A stretch of 64,000 nt of DNA from IMG/VR virus record IMGVR_UViG_3300032295_003763, positions 1-64,000 of that record. One strand, given 5' to 3'. Of the stretch, positions 47,836 through 57,764 are shown piece after piece. Each line of letters begins with the position of its first letter. Positions within the stretch are counted from its first letter, which is position 1. The position numbers were made by a program, and so were the translations under genes. This stretch comes from a virus (Duplodnaviria > Caudoviricetes). Under the pieces are notes generated by a model. It searched no databases. It had not been told where the DNA came from and worked only from the letters and a program-made list of their open reading frames with translations.

Positions 47836-48312
47836 TTAAAAAATTCTCTTTTTTAAAAATGTAGATATAATTAGGATATAAATTTTAAATAATGAATCCT
47901 TGTATGCAACCCCTATAAACGTTTTCCCAAATTTATCTTTAATAAGCCAACGTTTGCTATGTTCTAAAAGTATTTTTAAAGAATGCATATTACCATTTGC
48001 TGATGCAATATGCAGTGGAGTCATTCCTTTAGCATCTGCCCTATCTACTTCACACCCAAGATATATTAAACATTTTATTACATCGGGGTTATTTGAATAA
48101 GATGCATGATGTAAAAGATTAGAGCCATCGTCATCACAATGCACTAAATCTACCCCATTAATAGCTAAATTGTGAAGCTTCTCTACTAAATCCCCTTCTA
48201 GCATATTAAATAATAGAGTTCGTTGCTTTGCATCGTTTAAAGATTTCCAAAGATTCAAAAATTCGCCCACATTCGCTTTTGAATGTGGTATTTTACTGTT
48301 TCCGTCTGTCAT
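47836..48312 (-). CDS. ankyrin repeat protein
   Basis: GSNLLHHA, GMTPLHIA, GKTF; hydrophobic C-terminus. Confidence 0.85.
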   Translation of the reverse strand: MTDGNSKIPHSKANVGEFLNLWKSLNDAKQRTLLFNMLEGDLVEKLHNLAINGVDLVHCDDDGSNLLHHASYSNNPDVIKCLIYLGCEVDRADAKGMTPLHIASANGNMHSLKILLEHSKRWLIKDKFGKTFIGVAYKDSLFKIYILIISTFLKKRIF

Positions 48313-48316
48313 ATTA

Positions 48317-48628
48317 TCAGTTGGACCCTCTTGACTTCTTCAATCCATATTTTTTACGAACGTCTGGATTTTCTAATGAATATAGTATTATATCATACTC
48401 ACTAATCCTAAATGTCCCCCCCTTTACGCCAGACAATTTATACGAAATATCTCCATTCACTAAATTTCTTATTCGGGTTACAGTTCCAAAAGCAATTGAA
48501 TCTGTTTCCATCCCCCTACCTTTTGGAAAAACTTTTGCGAAAGTACCTACAAAAGGTATGTTGTTATCAGGTAAATTTCCTTGTACACCAATATAATCCG
48601 TACAGGATTCTGCGTTAGATTTGGGCAT
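48317..48628 (-). CDS. hypothetical protein
   Basis: ORF behind a TATATA motif, co-oriented with the downstream gene. Confidence 0.55.
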   Translation of the reverse strand: MPKSNAESCTDYIGVQGNLPDNNIPFVGTFAKVFPKGRGMETDSIAFGTVTRIRNLVNGDISYKLSGVKGGTFRISEYDIILYSLENPDVRKKYGLKKSRGSN

Positions 48629-48770
48629 AAAGAGATTTCATTTTTAATATCTCTTATATATTTATTATCGTAAGTCTTTTTTTTATTATTTTGATAATAA
48701 ACTTCAAACATTTTCTCTATCATATTGTATAATATATTAGTAGTTTTCTAGTAAATTTAATAGACTTAAT

Positions 48771-50612
48771 ATGGATAAAATAGCCATAGTTGGGACAGGT
48801 TATGTTGGATTAGTAACTGGCTTGTGTTTAGCCGACAAGAATAATTCAGTCATTTGTGTGGATATAGACGAAGAAAAGATAAAAAGGCTAAAATGTGGGG
48901 AAAGTCCTATTTATGAGCCAGACTTAGAAATGCTTCTACAAAAATATATCTTAAATGGTAAAATAAGTTTCAGCACTGATTTAGAACTAGCTGTAAGAAA
49001 AAGCTGGTGTATATTTCTTTGTTTACCTACACCTTCAGATGAAGATGGATCAGCGGATTTGAAATATGTATTAAGAGCTTCCGAGGATATAGCAAATATA
49101 ATTGCACAACAAGGTGACAGGGAATTTCTTATTGTAAACAAATCGACAGTTCCCGTTGGAACCTCAGAAAAAATAAAAAATATATTTAAGTCTAAGGGTC
49201 TTTCAAAAGTTGTAGTTGCTTCAAACCCTGAATTTTTAAGAGAGGGATATGCGATTTACGATTTTATGAATCCAGACAGAATTGTCATAGGGACAGAAAA
49301 TGAATGGGCTAAAAAAGAATTTCTAGAATTATATTTACCATTTACTCATACAGATAAGAATATTTTGTTTATGGATGAAAAAAGCGCAGAGCTTACAAAA
49401 TATGCTTCTAATTCTTTCCTAGCTGTAAAAATATCATATATGAATGATTTAGCAAAGTTATGTGAAAGTATAGGTGCTGACATAGATTCAATTCGTTTAG
49501 GTATGGGACTCGATGAAAGGATAGGGGAAAAATTTTTATTTGCTGGTTTAGGCTACGGTGGTTCTTGTTTTATGCCAAATGAAACCATAAGTATCGTAAT
49601 CGATGGTGCATACAAGAAAATATCATTTGAAAATTTATGGAAAGAATTTGAAACTGAGGAAATCCAAAGAACCGAAAACTTCGAATTAATTAATCTAGAA
49701 AGTAAAGATTTTTATACATTAGGATTTGATTTCTTCAATTACGTTTCTGAAAACCAAAAGATTTATTATCTAACAAGAAGAAGTTACAATCAAAAGGTCC
49801 TTTCATATGAAACTAAAAATGGACACAAACAGATGCTAACATTAGATCACCCAGTGATTTTTAATGCAGAAAACAATATACCTACATTATGTTTAGCTAA
49901 AGATGTCAAAGTCGGTTTCGTGATCTACTCATTCAATGAAAATTCTATGCCCTCTAATTTCAATTTAGATGAGATTATAAAAGTAGAACATATAGATACA
50001 CCTACCGATATCGTTTATAGTATAGAAACTCAGAATGAAACAGTTATTACTGGAAACGGTATAGTTTCACATAATTGTTTTCCAAAAGATGTTAGAGCTA
50101 TTCTAAAAACTGGTTCAGATAATAACATAGATTTAAGTATAATTAAATCAGCTATGGAAATCAATCAGGAGCAACGGAATATTTTTATACATAACATAGA
50201 TCAAAAATTAAAAGAACTATCACTGGAAAGTCCAGAAATAGCAATTTGGGGCATTTCCTTTAAACCTAATACCGATGATATACGAGAAGCCCCTTCAATT
50301 GAGGTGATCGAACATTTATTAGATAAAGGTCTTAAAGTAAGGGCCTATGATCCGCAAGCTAAAGACATCCCATTCAATAAAAATAAAAACTTCCGTAGAA
50401 GCTCAAGTGTCCTTGAGTCTACGGAAGATGCTGATCTTTTAATTATATGTACAGAGTGGGAAGAATTTAAGAATATTGATTTGCAACAACTTAAATCTTC
50501 TATGCGAGGTTCTACCATAATCGATGGTAGAAATATTTGGGATTTAGAGCATATGCAAAACTCTGGACTTAATTATATTTCTATCGGAAGAAAAGAAATT
50601 AAGAAATCTTAA
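48771..50612 (+). CDS. ugd: UDP-glucose 6-dehydrogenase containing an intein
   Basis: GTGYVG, NKSTVPVG, SNPEFLREG, GYGGS|CFPKD split by insert, FKPNTDDIREAP, IDGRN. Confidence 0.95.
   Translation: MDKIAIVGTGYVGLVTGLCLADKNNSVICVDIDEEKIKRLKCGESPIYEPDLEMLLQKYILNGKISFSTDLELAVRKSWCIFLCLPTPSDEDGSADLKYVLRASEDIANIIAQQGDREFLIVNKSTVPVGTSEKIKNIFKSKGLSKVVVASNPEFLREGYAIYDFMNPDRIVIGTENEWAKKEFLELYLPFTHTDKNILFMDEKSAELTKYASNSFLAVKISYMNDLAKLCESIGADIDSIRLGMGLDERIGEKFLFAGLGYGGSCFMPNETISIVIDGAYKKISFENLWKEFETEEIQRTENFELINLESKDFYTLGFDFFNYVSENQKIYYLTRRSYNQKVLSYETKNGHKQMLTLDHPVIFNAENNIPTLCLAKDVKVGFVIYSFNENSMPSNFNLDEIIKVEHIDTPTDIVYSIETQNETVITGNGIVSHNCFPKDVRAILKTGSDNNIDLSIIKSAMEINQEQRNIFIHNIDQKLKELSLESPEIAIWGISFKPNTDDIREAPSIEVIEHLLDKGLKVRAYDPQAKDIPFNKNKNFRRSSSVLESTEDADLLIICTEWEEFKNIDLQQLKSSMRGSTIIDGRNIWDLEHMQNSGLNYISIGRKEIKKS
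49566..50075 (+). mobile_element. mini-intein (170 aa, no homing endonuclease seen)
   Basis: Starts CFMPNE, block B TLDHPV, block F VYSIE, ends SHN followed by Cys+1. Confidence 0.92.
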
Positions 50613-52413
50613 AGGCTTCAAAATAATTCAATACTACGATAGGAACATGTTTTCTAAAATCTGACCATAAATCATTAATAATGTAACTATACAATTTTTT
50701 ATAGTCTGGATCTTTATCAAGAGTAATCAAAGAAAAGTCAGAGCCATGTAAATCAGCTGATTCTAATTGCTTTTCAAAATAATCTTTATCTTTATTCTGA
50801 ACGATCATATGCTCAGGTTCATAGCCTTTAGACAATAAGACTGCTACTATTTCAGAAATATCGCTGCTTCTAACATTCACTACATCTTCAATAAGAGTAT
50901 TATATTCTCTTTCAATTGAATTAAGCATACGTATTTGAACTTCTTCTTGTGTAAGATTATAGTTCGTTCTAATATTTACTAGAACTACCTTATTGCTATG
51001 TTCTGATTGCATATCTTCTATTCTCTTCAAATGTTCATTTGTGAAAAGTTCAAAGCTATCAACTATAACGCATACTTTCTTTAGTTCCCTATTATATTTT
51101 TGACCATCTTCTGACAAAAGCTTGAATTGATCAAAAAGTTTTTTTGATATCTTTTGGTTCTTAGATTCTATGGTATCTTCCGATTCTTTCACGTCATGAA
51201 TTTTACCATAGCGTTTCATTTCATCGAAAGTCAAAATACCTAATTCATTATCATCAGCTTCATTAACTGGAGATGAGCATAAATCTGATATTTCTTGTAC
51301 AATTGTATTAAAGCGAGTTAATACATATTCTGTGAAGAAATGATTTGTGCCTTTTTTTCTTTTTCTAAAAGCAGCTAATATTACTTTAAATACATTTTCC
51401 CAACTTTCTTCAGATGTAATAAGTTTAGATGTCTGTTTATTTGGAATATATTCTAAACCAACCTTAAATGCTTCTTTCTGCATAAATTTAGGAAGTTCGA
51501 AATCAACATCCTTATACTTACTACCATATTTTTTAATAAAATCATTGAAGATACTACAAATTAAAGAAAGATACCTTTCTTCTGGACTTTCTCCTTCGAT
51601 GTTATAGTTTGAAATATCCTCACCCTGCAAAAATTCAACAATATCTAAAAGAGTAAGCCAATAAATATCAGAAGGTAAAGATGACTTTTTTGTATTATTT
51701 TCTATTTTTCTTGAATAGAAAACAGGATCCAAAATTTTAGCAGTATAATTTTCAGAATCATTATCAAATCTAAAAACTACACCTTCAATTAAACCTCTAT
51801 CGCTATCTCTTAAGAAAGATGAACTTTTGTCTGGATTTAAAATTGAAAGAAGATGTCTAATAAATGAATTTGTTTCAAACTTTTCTTTTAATTTATCATT
51901 AGGAGTTCTTATAAACTCAACTATTTTATTCTTTTGGGGTTCAGATAAAAGTCCCTGAAAAATTAAAGGAGGAGTTTCAATTTCAAGAAAATCTGCCCAC
52001 TCTTCAAGTAAATTTTTATTGTCTAAAACTTTTTTTGCATTTTTGCTATTATCTATGATGTTAATCAACACCAATCCATTTTTTGGCATTTTATCATAAG
52101 ATATATAAACAGGATTCTTATCGATGAAATACTCACAACAAAATCTCCAATTAGTAGGAATAATTTTTATCTTTTCCAAAGGGAGATTTTGAAAATGCTT
52201 TATAGCATTATTATAGTATTGAGATAAAGTAATATCGATTTTAGAAATAGGAGTATTTTGATCCTGTTTGTAAAAACTAAAATTACCTTCTTCATCGATT
52301 TCGAAACTAAATTGAGAAGCATCGAGTTTCTCATATACAGTTACTGGTAAAGTAAAAAGACGATTTATAAATTCGTCACCTTTATTATTTATTAATTCTT
52401 GAAAGGTTACCAT
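50599..52413 (-). CDS. RNA-ligase-like nucleotidyltransferase domain fused to degenerate cytidylyltransferase-like domain
   Basis: VYEKLDAS motif I, IEGVV, AKI; C-terminal VIVDSFELFTNEH resembles GRFQPFTxGH. Confidence 0.6.
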   Translation of the reverse strand: MVTFQELINNKGDEFINRLFTLPVTVYEKLDASQFSFEIDEEGNFSFYKQDQNTPISKIDITLSQYYNNAIKHFQNLPLEKIKIIPTNWRFCCEYFIDKNPVYISYDKMPKNGLVLINIIDNSKNAKKVLDNKNLLEEWADFLEIETPPLIFQGLLSEPQKNKIVEFIRTPNDKLKEKFETNSFIRHLLSILNPDKSSSFLRDSDRGLIEGVVFRFDNDSENYTAKILDPVFYSRKIENNTKKSSLPSDIYWLTLLDIVEFLQGEDISNYNIEGESPEERYLSLICSIFNDFIKKYGSKYKDVDFELPKFMQKEAFKVGLEYIPNKQTSKLITSEESWENVFKVILAAFRKRKKGTNHFFTEYVLTRFNTIVQEISDLCSSPVNEADDNELGILTFDEMKRYGKIHDVKESEDTIESKNQKISKKLFDQFKLLSEDGQKYNRELKKVCVIVDSFELFTNEHLKRIEDMQSEHSNKVVLVNIRTNYNLTQEEVQIRMLNSIEREYNTLIEDVVNVRSSDISEIVAVLLSKGYEPEHMIVQNKDKDYFEKQLESADLHGSDFSLITLDKDPDYKKLYSYIINDLWSDFRKHVPIVVLNYFEAFKIS

Positions 52414-52414
52414 A

Positions 52415-52984
52415 ATGGGAACTACCTTAAATTTTGTTGAATTTTTTGAAATAATTCTCTCAGAAGAGAATCAAGACTTTGAACATAAAGTATATATCTT
52501 AAAACAATTATCTTCTAAAATCCGCAAGGAGTTTTTTAATAATAACTTCATGCCTTTTTTAAAAGATCTTATGTCAATTTTAGGTGTAATTGATAAAGCT
52601 ATTTCTACAAAAAGTATAGAATTACCTGGAAAACCTAAAAGAGTATTAGATATTGACGATTCTCTTTCAATAGATATATTAGAAGCATCCAGAGTAATAT
52701 TTAAAGATCTATTAGTAGAGGGCACAAAACGCTGGAACATTCTACTAGATTCAATTGAATTTACACCCAATTCTAACAACGGGACATTAAAGATCAACAT
52801 GCCTAGTTCTAATGTAGGTTTATTTTTCAATATAACAACATTAGACAATAGAAGAATAATACTTTTCAAAGACATAGGTTTAGATTCGAATAATGAATGG
52901 GAATGGGAAATTAATTGGGAATATGATATTCCTAAAGAAACCATTAAACATGCATTAAAAGAAAAGATAACAAATTTATTTTAA
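52415..52984 (+). CDS. hypothetical protein (start uncertain)
   Basis: 189-aa ORF filling the gap; start only 1 nt from the divergent ATG. Confidence 0.55.
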   Translation: MGTTLNFVEFFEIILSEENQDFEHKVYILKQLSSKIRKEFFNNNFMPFLKDLMSILGVIDKAISTKSIELPGKPKRVLDIDDSLSIDILEASRVIFKDLLVEGTKRWNILLDSIEFTPNSNNGTLKINMPSSNVGLFFNITTLDNRRIILFKDIGLDSNNEWEWEINWEYDIPKETIKHALKEKITNLF

Positions 52985-54504
52985 ATAGTTACATCATAAA
53001 TTTTGTAAGGAAATCCTTGAGTTTCATAAATCTCAAGTCTTTTTTCCATATGCCTAATTAAGAAGTTCTTATCCCCGTTATATGAAAAGTCGTCAACTAT
53101 ATCAATAATATTTGTTTTTTCTTTAGTAGAGTGCAGTCTCATACCTCTACCTATAGATTGTCTGATTATCTTATCAGATTTGAATGATTCTGCAAAAACA
53201 ATATTATGGATATTCTTAACACTAATACCTGTTGAAAATGTACCAAAGGAAGCAATCAGAACCTTATTCTCCCCATGTTCTAACGATTGCTTATAGTATT
53301 CTCTTTTTTCAATATCAGTTTCACCATCTACATAAAACACATCCTTATCTTTTGATATTTCAATAATTCTTTCTTGTATCTTTTTACCATAATCAGCTTT
53401 TACATTATGGAACAATACCAAAGTATTCTTTGTAGTTTTATTTACAAGATCACAGATATATTTTAATCTTATATCTGATTCTATCACAAGTTTTCTCTCA
53501 ATATCTAAAATCTTTGCACCGTCTATACTATTCCTTCTTTTTCTAATCTGTTGAAGTTTATCTCTCGTATCTTCGTCCAAATAGTTTAGTTTAATTACTT
53601 TTACTTGAACTGGAGTAGCATATTTGTTTTGAAATAGAAACTCGGCTGATACTTTATTTATCAAAGGTCCTAAAAATGCCTGTAGCGTAAGCCTTTCTGC
53701 AAAATCATCCTTCTCCAAAGTACCTGAGAGACCAAATCTATATACAACATTTCTACATTTAGCCAAAGTCTCCTTTACAGACTTTGCTTGCGTAAAATGC
53801 GCTTCGTCCACACATACTACATCAAAACTTTCAAAAAACTGATTTCCCTGTTTGACTAAAGATTGAAATGTACCAATAACGACATGGGTATCTGATTTCA
53901 ATTCTTTATCAGTTTGACCTGAAATCATTTGTATATTCAAAGACGCATCATTATTTGAATAGTCTTGAAAATCTTCATATGTCTGAATGATAAGAGAAAT
54001 ATTCGGTACAATTATAAGCATCTTATTTAAAAGACCCTTATGCCTTAAAAATGCCAGCACCATATACATTATCAATGTTTTACCCGCACTAGTTGCGATC
54101 TCAGATATTGATAATTTATATTTTAATATAAGCCAAACTGAATTAATCTGATAATCTCTAGGTTCAATCTTATTACCACTTTTATCAAAAAAAGAAGTCG
54201 CATTAATCCAAGAAAGATATTCTTCCTTAGTATAAGGCGACTTAAATAAATCGAAATTTTCGAAATTTACAGCAAATCCATGCTCTTTACAAACTTCTGT
54301 CAATTCATGCCATAGACCAACTGGTATTCTACCAGCACTATCGATATACGTAATATATCCATCCCAAAGTTTTCTTTTAACTTGAGGATTAAATCTCCAG
54401 TTTTTTACTCTTTTTCTAAAAGACATTTGAAGCTGCTTAAACTCTATATCTGTGCATTCTATGACTTGTAGAAAGTTTTTATTTTCAGAAAGTTTAACAA
54501 GCAT
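52981..54504 (-). CDS. uvsW: UvsW-like SF2 DNA helicase
   Basis: WDGYI, PRDYQ, ATSAGKT, DEAH, GLSGT, TFSTGISVKNIHN, QSIGRGMR. Confidence 0.93.
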   Translation of the reverse strand: MLVKLSENKNFLQVIECTDIEFKQLQMSFRKRVKNWRFNPQVKRKLWDGYITYIDSAGRIPVGLWHELTEVCKEHGFAVNFENFDLFKSPYTKEEYLSWINATSFFDKSGNKIEPRDYQINSVWLILKYKLSISEIATSAGKTLIMYMVLAFLRHKGLLNKMLIIVPNISLIIQTYEDFQDYSNNDASLNIQMISGQTDKELKSDTHVVIGTFQSLVKQGNQFFESFDVVCVDEAHFTQAKSVKETLAKCRNVVYRFGLSGTLEKDDFAERLTLQAFLGPLINKVSAEFLFQNKYATPVQVKVIKLNYLDEDTRDKLQQIRKRRNSIDGAKILDIERKLVIESDIRLKYICDLVNKTTKNTLVLFHNVKADYGKKIQERIIEISKDKDVFYVDGETDIEKREYYKQSLEHGENKVLIASFGTFSTGISVKNIHNIVFAESFKSDKIIRQSIGRGMRLHSTKEKTNIIDIVDDFSYNGDKNFLIRHMEKRLEIYETQGFPYKIYDVTI

Positions 54505-54524
54505 TCAATTACTCAAAAAGAAGA

Positions 54525-54722
54525 TTACTGTAATTTAGACTCTTTTTCTTCAGAAGGTTCGATAGGAGCGTTTGATGATGCTGCCTTTACGAATTGTTCA
54601 TAAGACATCAAATGTGATTTAGGTGTCTTAATGGAATAACCCATGTTTTTACCGATTTCAGAAGCAACTACGTTAGCGTCTGTAGTTTGAAGTTCAATCG
54701 GGTGTTCTGACTCATGTTTCAT
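54525..54722 (-). CDS. small late protein
   Basis: Two GATATATA motifs upstream (54759, 54778); internal LMSYEQFV. Confidence 0.65.
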   Translation of the reverse strand: MKHESEHPIELQTTDANVVASEIGKNMGYSIKTPKSHLMSYEQFVKAASSNAPIEPSEEKESKLQ

Positions 54723-54803
54723 AATGAAATGTATTATTTTTGAATATATTCTAGATATTATATATCATTCTAAATACTATATATCTATTTTAATTTACGT
54801 TTT

Positions 54804-55274
54804 TTACTTACCACTTAAAAATTGTTCAATTTGTAATTTATTTCTTACACCATAAAGCATAGAATCTAAATTCTTAACAGTTTCTTTATAATAGTCTATA
54901 TGATGTTCTATGAGGCTTATCTTCTTTTGGAGATCTGCCAGATCACCTTCAACCATGATTGTTTTTTCTCCCTGACCTAATTTTATGTCAGAATCTATGG
55001 TATATTTAATAAATAATTCTTTTTTCTTAGATTTATACACAGAATTATAAAGAGCTAGATATTGATAAAGTTTTGAGATTCTCTCAATAATGATTTGCCT
55101 TGAGGAATATAAATCTACTTGTAATCCCGCCACTTGATCGAGTTTATTCACTCGATTTGCCATATCAATTACCTTATCCTTCCATTTAAGGCGTTCTTCT
55201 TCAAATTCCTCAGAGATACTTCGTTTCGAAGTATTATCGGAATCTATCTCAAATATTGAATCGTTATCTTCCAT
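54804..55274 (-). CDS. uvsY: UvsY-like recombination mediator
   Basis: Helical protein near uvsW; EGDLADLQKKISLIE...IDYYKETVKNL...YGVRN..EQFLSG resembles the UvsY C-terminus. Confidence 0.7.
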   Translation of the reverse strand: MEDNDSIFEIDSDNTSKRSISEEFEEERLKWKDKVIDMANRVNKLDQVAGLQVDLYSSRQIIIERISKLYQYLALYNSVYKSKKKELFIKYTIDSDIKLGQGEKTIMVEGDLADLQKKISLIEHHIDYYKETVKNLDSMLYGVRNKLQIEQFLSGK

Positions 55275-55485
55275 TAATATTCTTTCTCTTTAAATTTATT
55301 TCTTTTAATGGTAATTCTTTGACCTTACCATCTTCAAAGTTTACTGACCAATTATCCTGAATTGAAAATGGTTTTCCATCTTTGTATTTCCAAATCATAT
55401 CTATAGGATAATAAATTTTTTCTTCTGGTACATCTAGATAAAATGAATCTAAACCTTTCTCTTCTTTTCTGTCTTCCCAATCCAT
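55264..55485 (-). CDS. hypothetical protein
   Basis: Overlaps primase stop and uvsY start; operon-like. Confidence 0.55.
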   Translation of the reverse strand: MDWEDRKEEKGLDSFYLDVPEEKIYYPIDMIWKYKDGKPFSIQDNWSVNFEDGKVKELPLKEINLKRKNINGR

Positions 55486-56567
55486 AAAGCATTTAAATAA
55501 TTATTTGTAAAGTATTTATTATAATCAAATTTTTTATTACTCTTTTTAGCGTATATAACAATATCCGAAAAATCAACTTTTGGCTTATCTAAAAATTGTT
55601 CCATACCTATGTTTTCAGTAAAAAATTTAGACCACATGAAAACAGTTAAACCTTCTTTCAAATAACTAACAGATTTTTCAATACCAGGCTTATCATAATC
55701 AAACATAAATCTCATAGATTTAGTAAGAAAAGGTGGTTTTCTTTGCAAAGAACAGAGTGCTATAGAATTAGGCATTAGAAAAGAATCCATAGGTCCTTCA
55801 AAAACTGTTATAGGTAAAGATAAGTCCACAGACAAACAACCAAAGGTTGTTGAGAGTGGATCCAATCTTTTCATAAGAGTTTCATCATAATTAATCTTCA
55901 ATAATTTATACATTGCCGACATTTCATATGTCAAATATTTAGGACCACTATTGTCAAATGTTCTAATTTGAAAACCAATAATCTTTTGTTCTTGGTGATC
56001 CATATTTAAAATATACAGAAGATTTCTCTTTGGGCTCCAAGCAAAATTCTTAAAATCTCTTTGCTCCCTACCTAAAAGATATCGCATGCCTGCATTAGTT
56101 TCTTCTATCGGAACTAAATTTAATTTAGACATAAATAAATCTTTAGGTATAGCAGAATTTAATATATCGTCACCAAATATATCAGAAATTCTCTCTGAAG
56201 AATTTGATGAAAATCCTATATCTCCACTTTCCTGTTTAGATTTTTCTACAAAAGAAACTACAGATCCATTCTTAACATCAACATCTAGTTTCTTAAGAAA
56301 CCACATGAGAGTTTGATGTTCACCACAATTAAAACAATGATAATGAAAATCAGTTAGATAAATATTACCCCTTTTCTTCGTATGATCTGCGCTCGAATCA
56401 CCGCAAAATGGACATGCGAAATTCCATCTATCATCATAAAAATCGATTTTAGTTTTAGGACCACTCGAAAAACGTTCTTTTAAAGAATCAAGTACAAACG
56501 TCTTAATATCATCTGAATTTAATTCTTGATTTTTAAGTTCATATTTGAAATTGGTAATTTGGTTCAT
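55449..56567 (-). CDS. gp61: T4 gp61-like DNA primase
   Basis: NFACPFCGDS...KKRG...YHCFNCG zinc ribbon; TOPRIM VFEGPMDS, FDYD. Confidence 0.9.
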   Translation of the reverse strand: MNQITNFKYELKNQELNSDDIKTFVLDSLKERFSSGPKTKIDFYDDRWNFACPFCGDSSADHTKKRGNIYLTDFHYHCFNCGEHQTLMWFLKKLDVDVKNGSVVSFVEKSKQESGDIGFSSNSSERISDIFGDDILNSAIPKDLFMSKLNLVPIEETNAGMRYLLGREQRDFKNFAWSPKRNLLYILNMDHQEQKIIGFQIRTFDNSGPKYLTYEMSAMYKLLKINYDETLMKRLDPLSTTFGCLSVDLSLPITVFEGPMDSFLMPNSIALCSLQRKPPFLTKSMRFMFDYDKPGIEKSVSYLKEGLTVFMWSKFFTENIGMEQFLDKPKVDFSDIVIYAKKSNKKFDYNKYFTNNYLNALWIGKTEKKRKV

Positions 56568-56583
56568 TGCTTTAATAAAAAAT

Positions 56584-56611
56584 AAGGGGCATAATCAAAT
56601 TATGCCCCTTT
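56584..56611 (-). terminator. intrinsic terminator after gp32
   Basis: AAGGGGCATAAT/ATTATGCCCCTT stem. Confidence 0.75.
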
Positions 56612-56626
56612 GTGGAGTAAACTCAA

Positions 56627-57589
56627 TTAGTCGTCACTGAGACCTTTGTAAAAATCATCATCATCATCGTCAAAATTAATATCATCGTCATCTAATGAAG
56701 TAGATGATACCAAGTCATCTTCAATATTCAATGAAGATGCTGATGTTTTTTGAGCAGATGCTTTAGGAGCAGATGGCTTATTTTCAATAACCACTTCTCT
56801 TGTCTTAGAAGACAAAGCAGACTCGATTAAAGCTCCGTTAGGTACGGTGTTTCTAATAAATTCATTCACAAAATCTTGGGTTTGGTCATCCCATTTTTTG
56901 TACATGTAAGAATCGAGACTTGGAGAATTTTCCTTCAACCAGTTCAACAATTCATCAGGTTCTATACTTTCTTTATCGATATGCTTACCATCGATCTTCA
57001 ATGGCCAAGGCTCATCCAAGAAATATGAATCATCATAATTAGTATATCCACCTTTCTTTGTAACAATCAAAGAGAAAGGACGACCCATAAATGGATCAAA
57101 TGGTTTTCTAGGCTTACCTAATAGAGGTGGTTCCAATTCATTTTGGATTTTATCAAAAATCTTTTGACCGAACTTGAACACCATGATTTTACCTTCAAGC
57201 TCTGGCTTGTTTTCATCTTTAACGATATAAACAAGAGAGTAACAAGTCTTTTTACGCTTAAACTTTTCAGCCAATTCTTTTTCTCTTACTGAATTAGACT
57301 TATAAAGTTTGAAGAACATATCTCGTAATACAGACTTTTCATTTTCAGTTGAAGGACAATCTACAGTACGTTTTTTACCAGAAATTGGATCTTCAAGAAA
57401 ATATGTCCATTTATTAATGATAGACTTTTTAGCGTCTTTCCAAAGAGGGATGAAACGGACAATAGAACTATAGCTTCCATTTCTACCATTTTCAGGTGAG
57501 GGCTTGTACAGATTGGAATCTGATACAACGATGTTGGTTTCTTTGATATCAGCACTGGTAACATCAAAGATGTCGAAATTTGTTCCCAT
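56627..57589 (-). CDS. gp32: T4 gp32-like single-stranded DNA-binding protein
   Basis: IVRFIP, CPST, PELEGKI..FKFGQKIFDKI, PFDP..G, NYDDS.F, acidic C-tail; AAGGAG SD. Confidence 0.92.
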   Translation of the reverse strand: MGTNFDIFDVTSADIKETNIVVSDSNLYKPSPENGRNGSYSSIVRFIPLWKDAKKSIINKWTYFLEDPISGKKRTVDCPSTENEKSVLRDMFFKLYKSNSVREKELAEKFKRKKTCYSLVYIVKDENKPELEGKIMVFKFGQKIFDKIQNELEPPLLGKPRKPFDPFMGRPFSLIVTKKGGYTNYDDSYFLDEPWPLKIDGKHIDKESIEPDELLNWLKENSPSLDSYMYKKWDDQTQDFVNEFIRNTVPNGALIESALSSKTREVVIENKPSAPKASAQKTSASSLNIEDDLVSSTSLDDDDINFDDDDDDFYKGLSDD

Positions 57590-57764
57590 ACAGGACTCCT
57601 TTAATTAATTTTAAAAACTTGCAAAACTTGACCTTACGGCACTAACTGCAAAAACTTTACTTATACTTACTATATCGAATGTTTTTTTAAACTATTCGTT
57701 TAATAACATGCAATATACGGATATATATATTAGATTCCAAATAAAGTTGAAAATAATTTTTATT

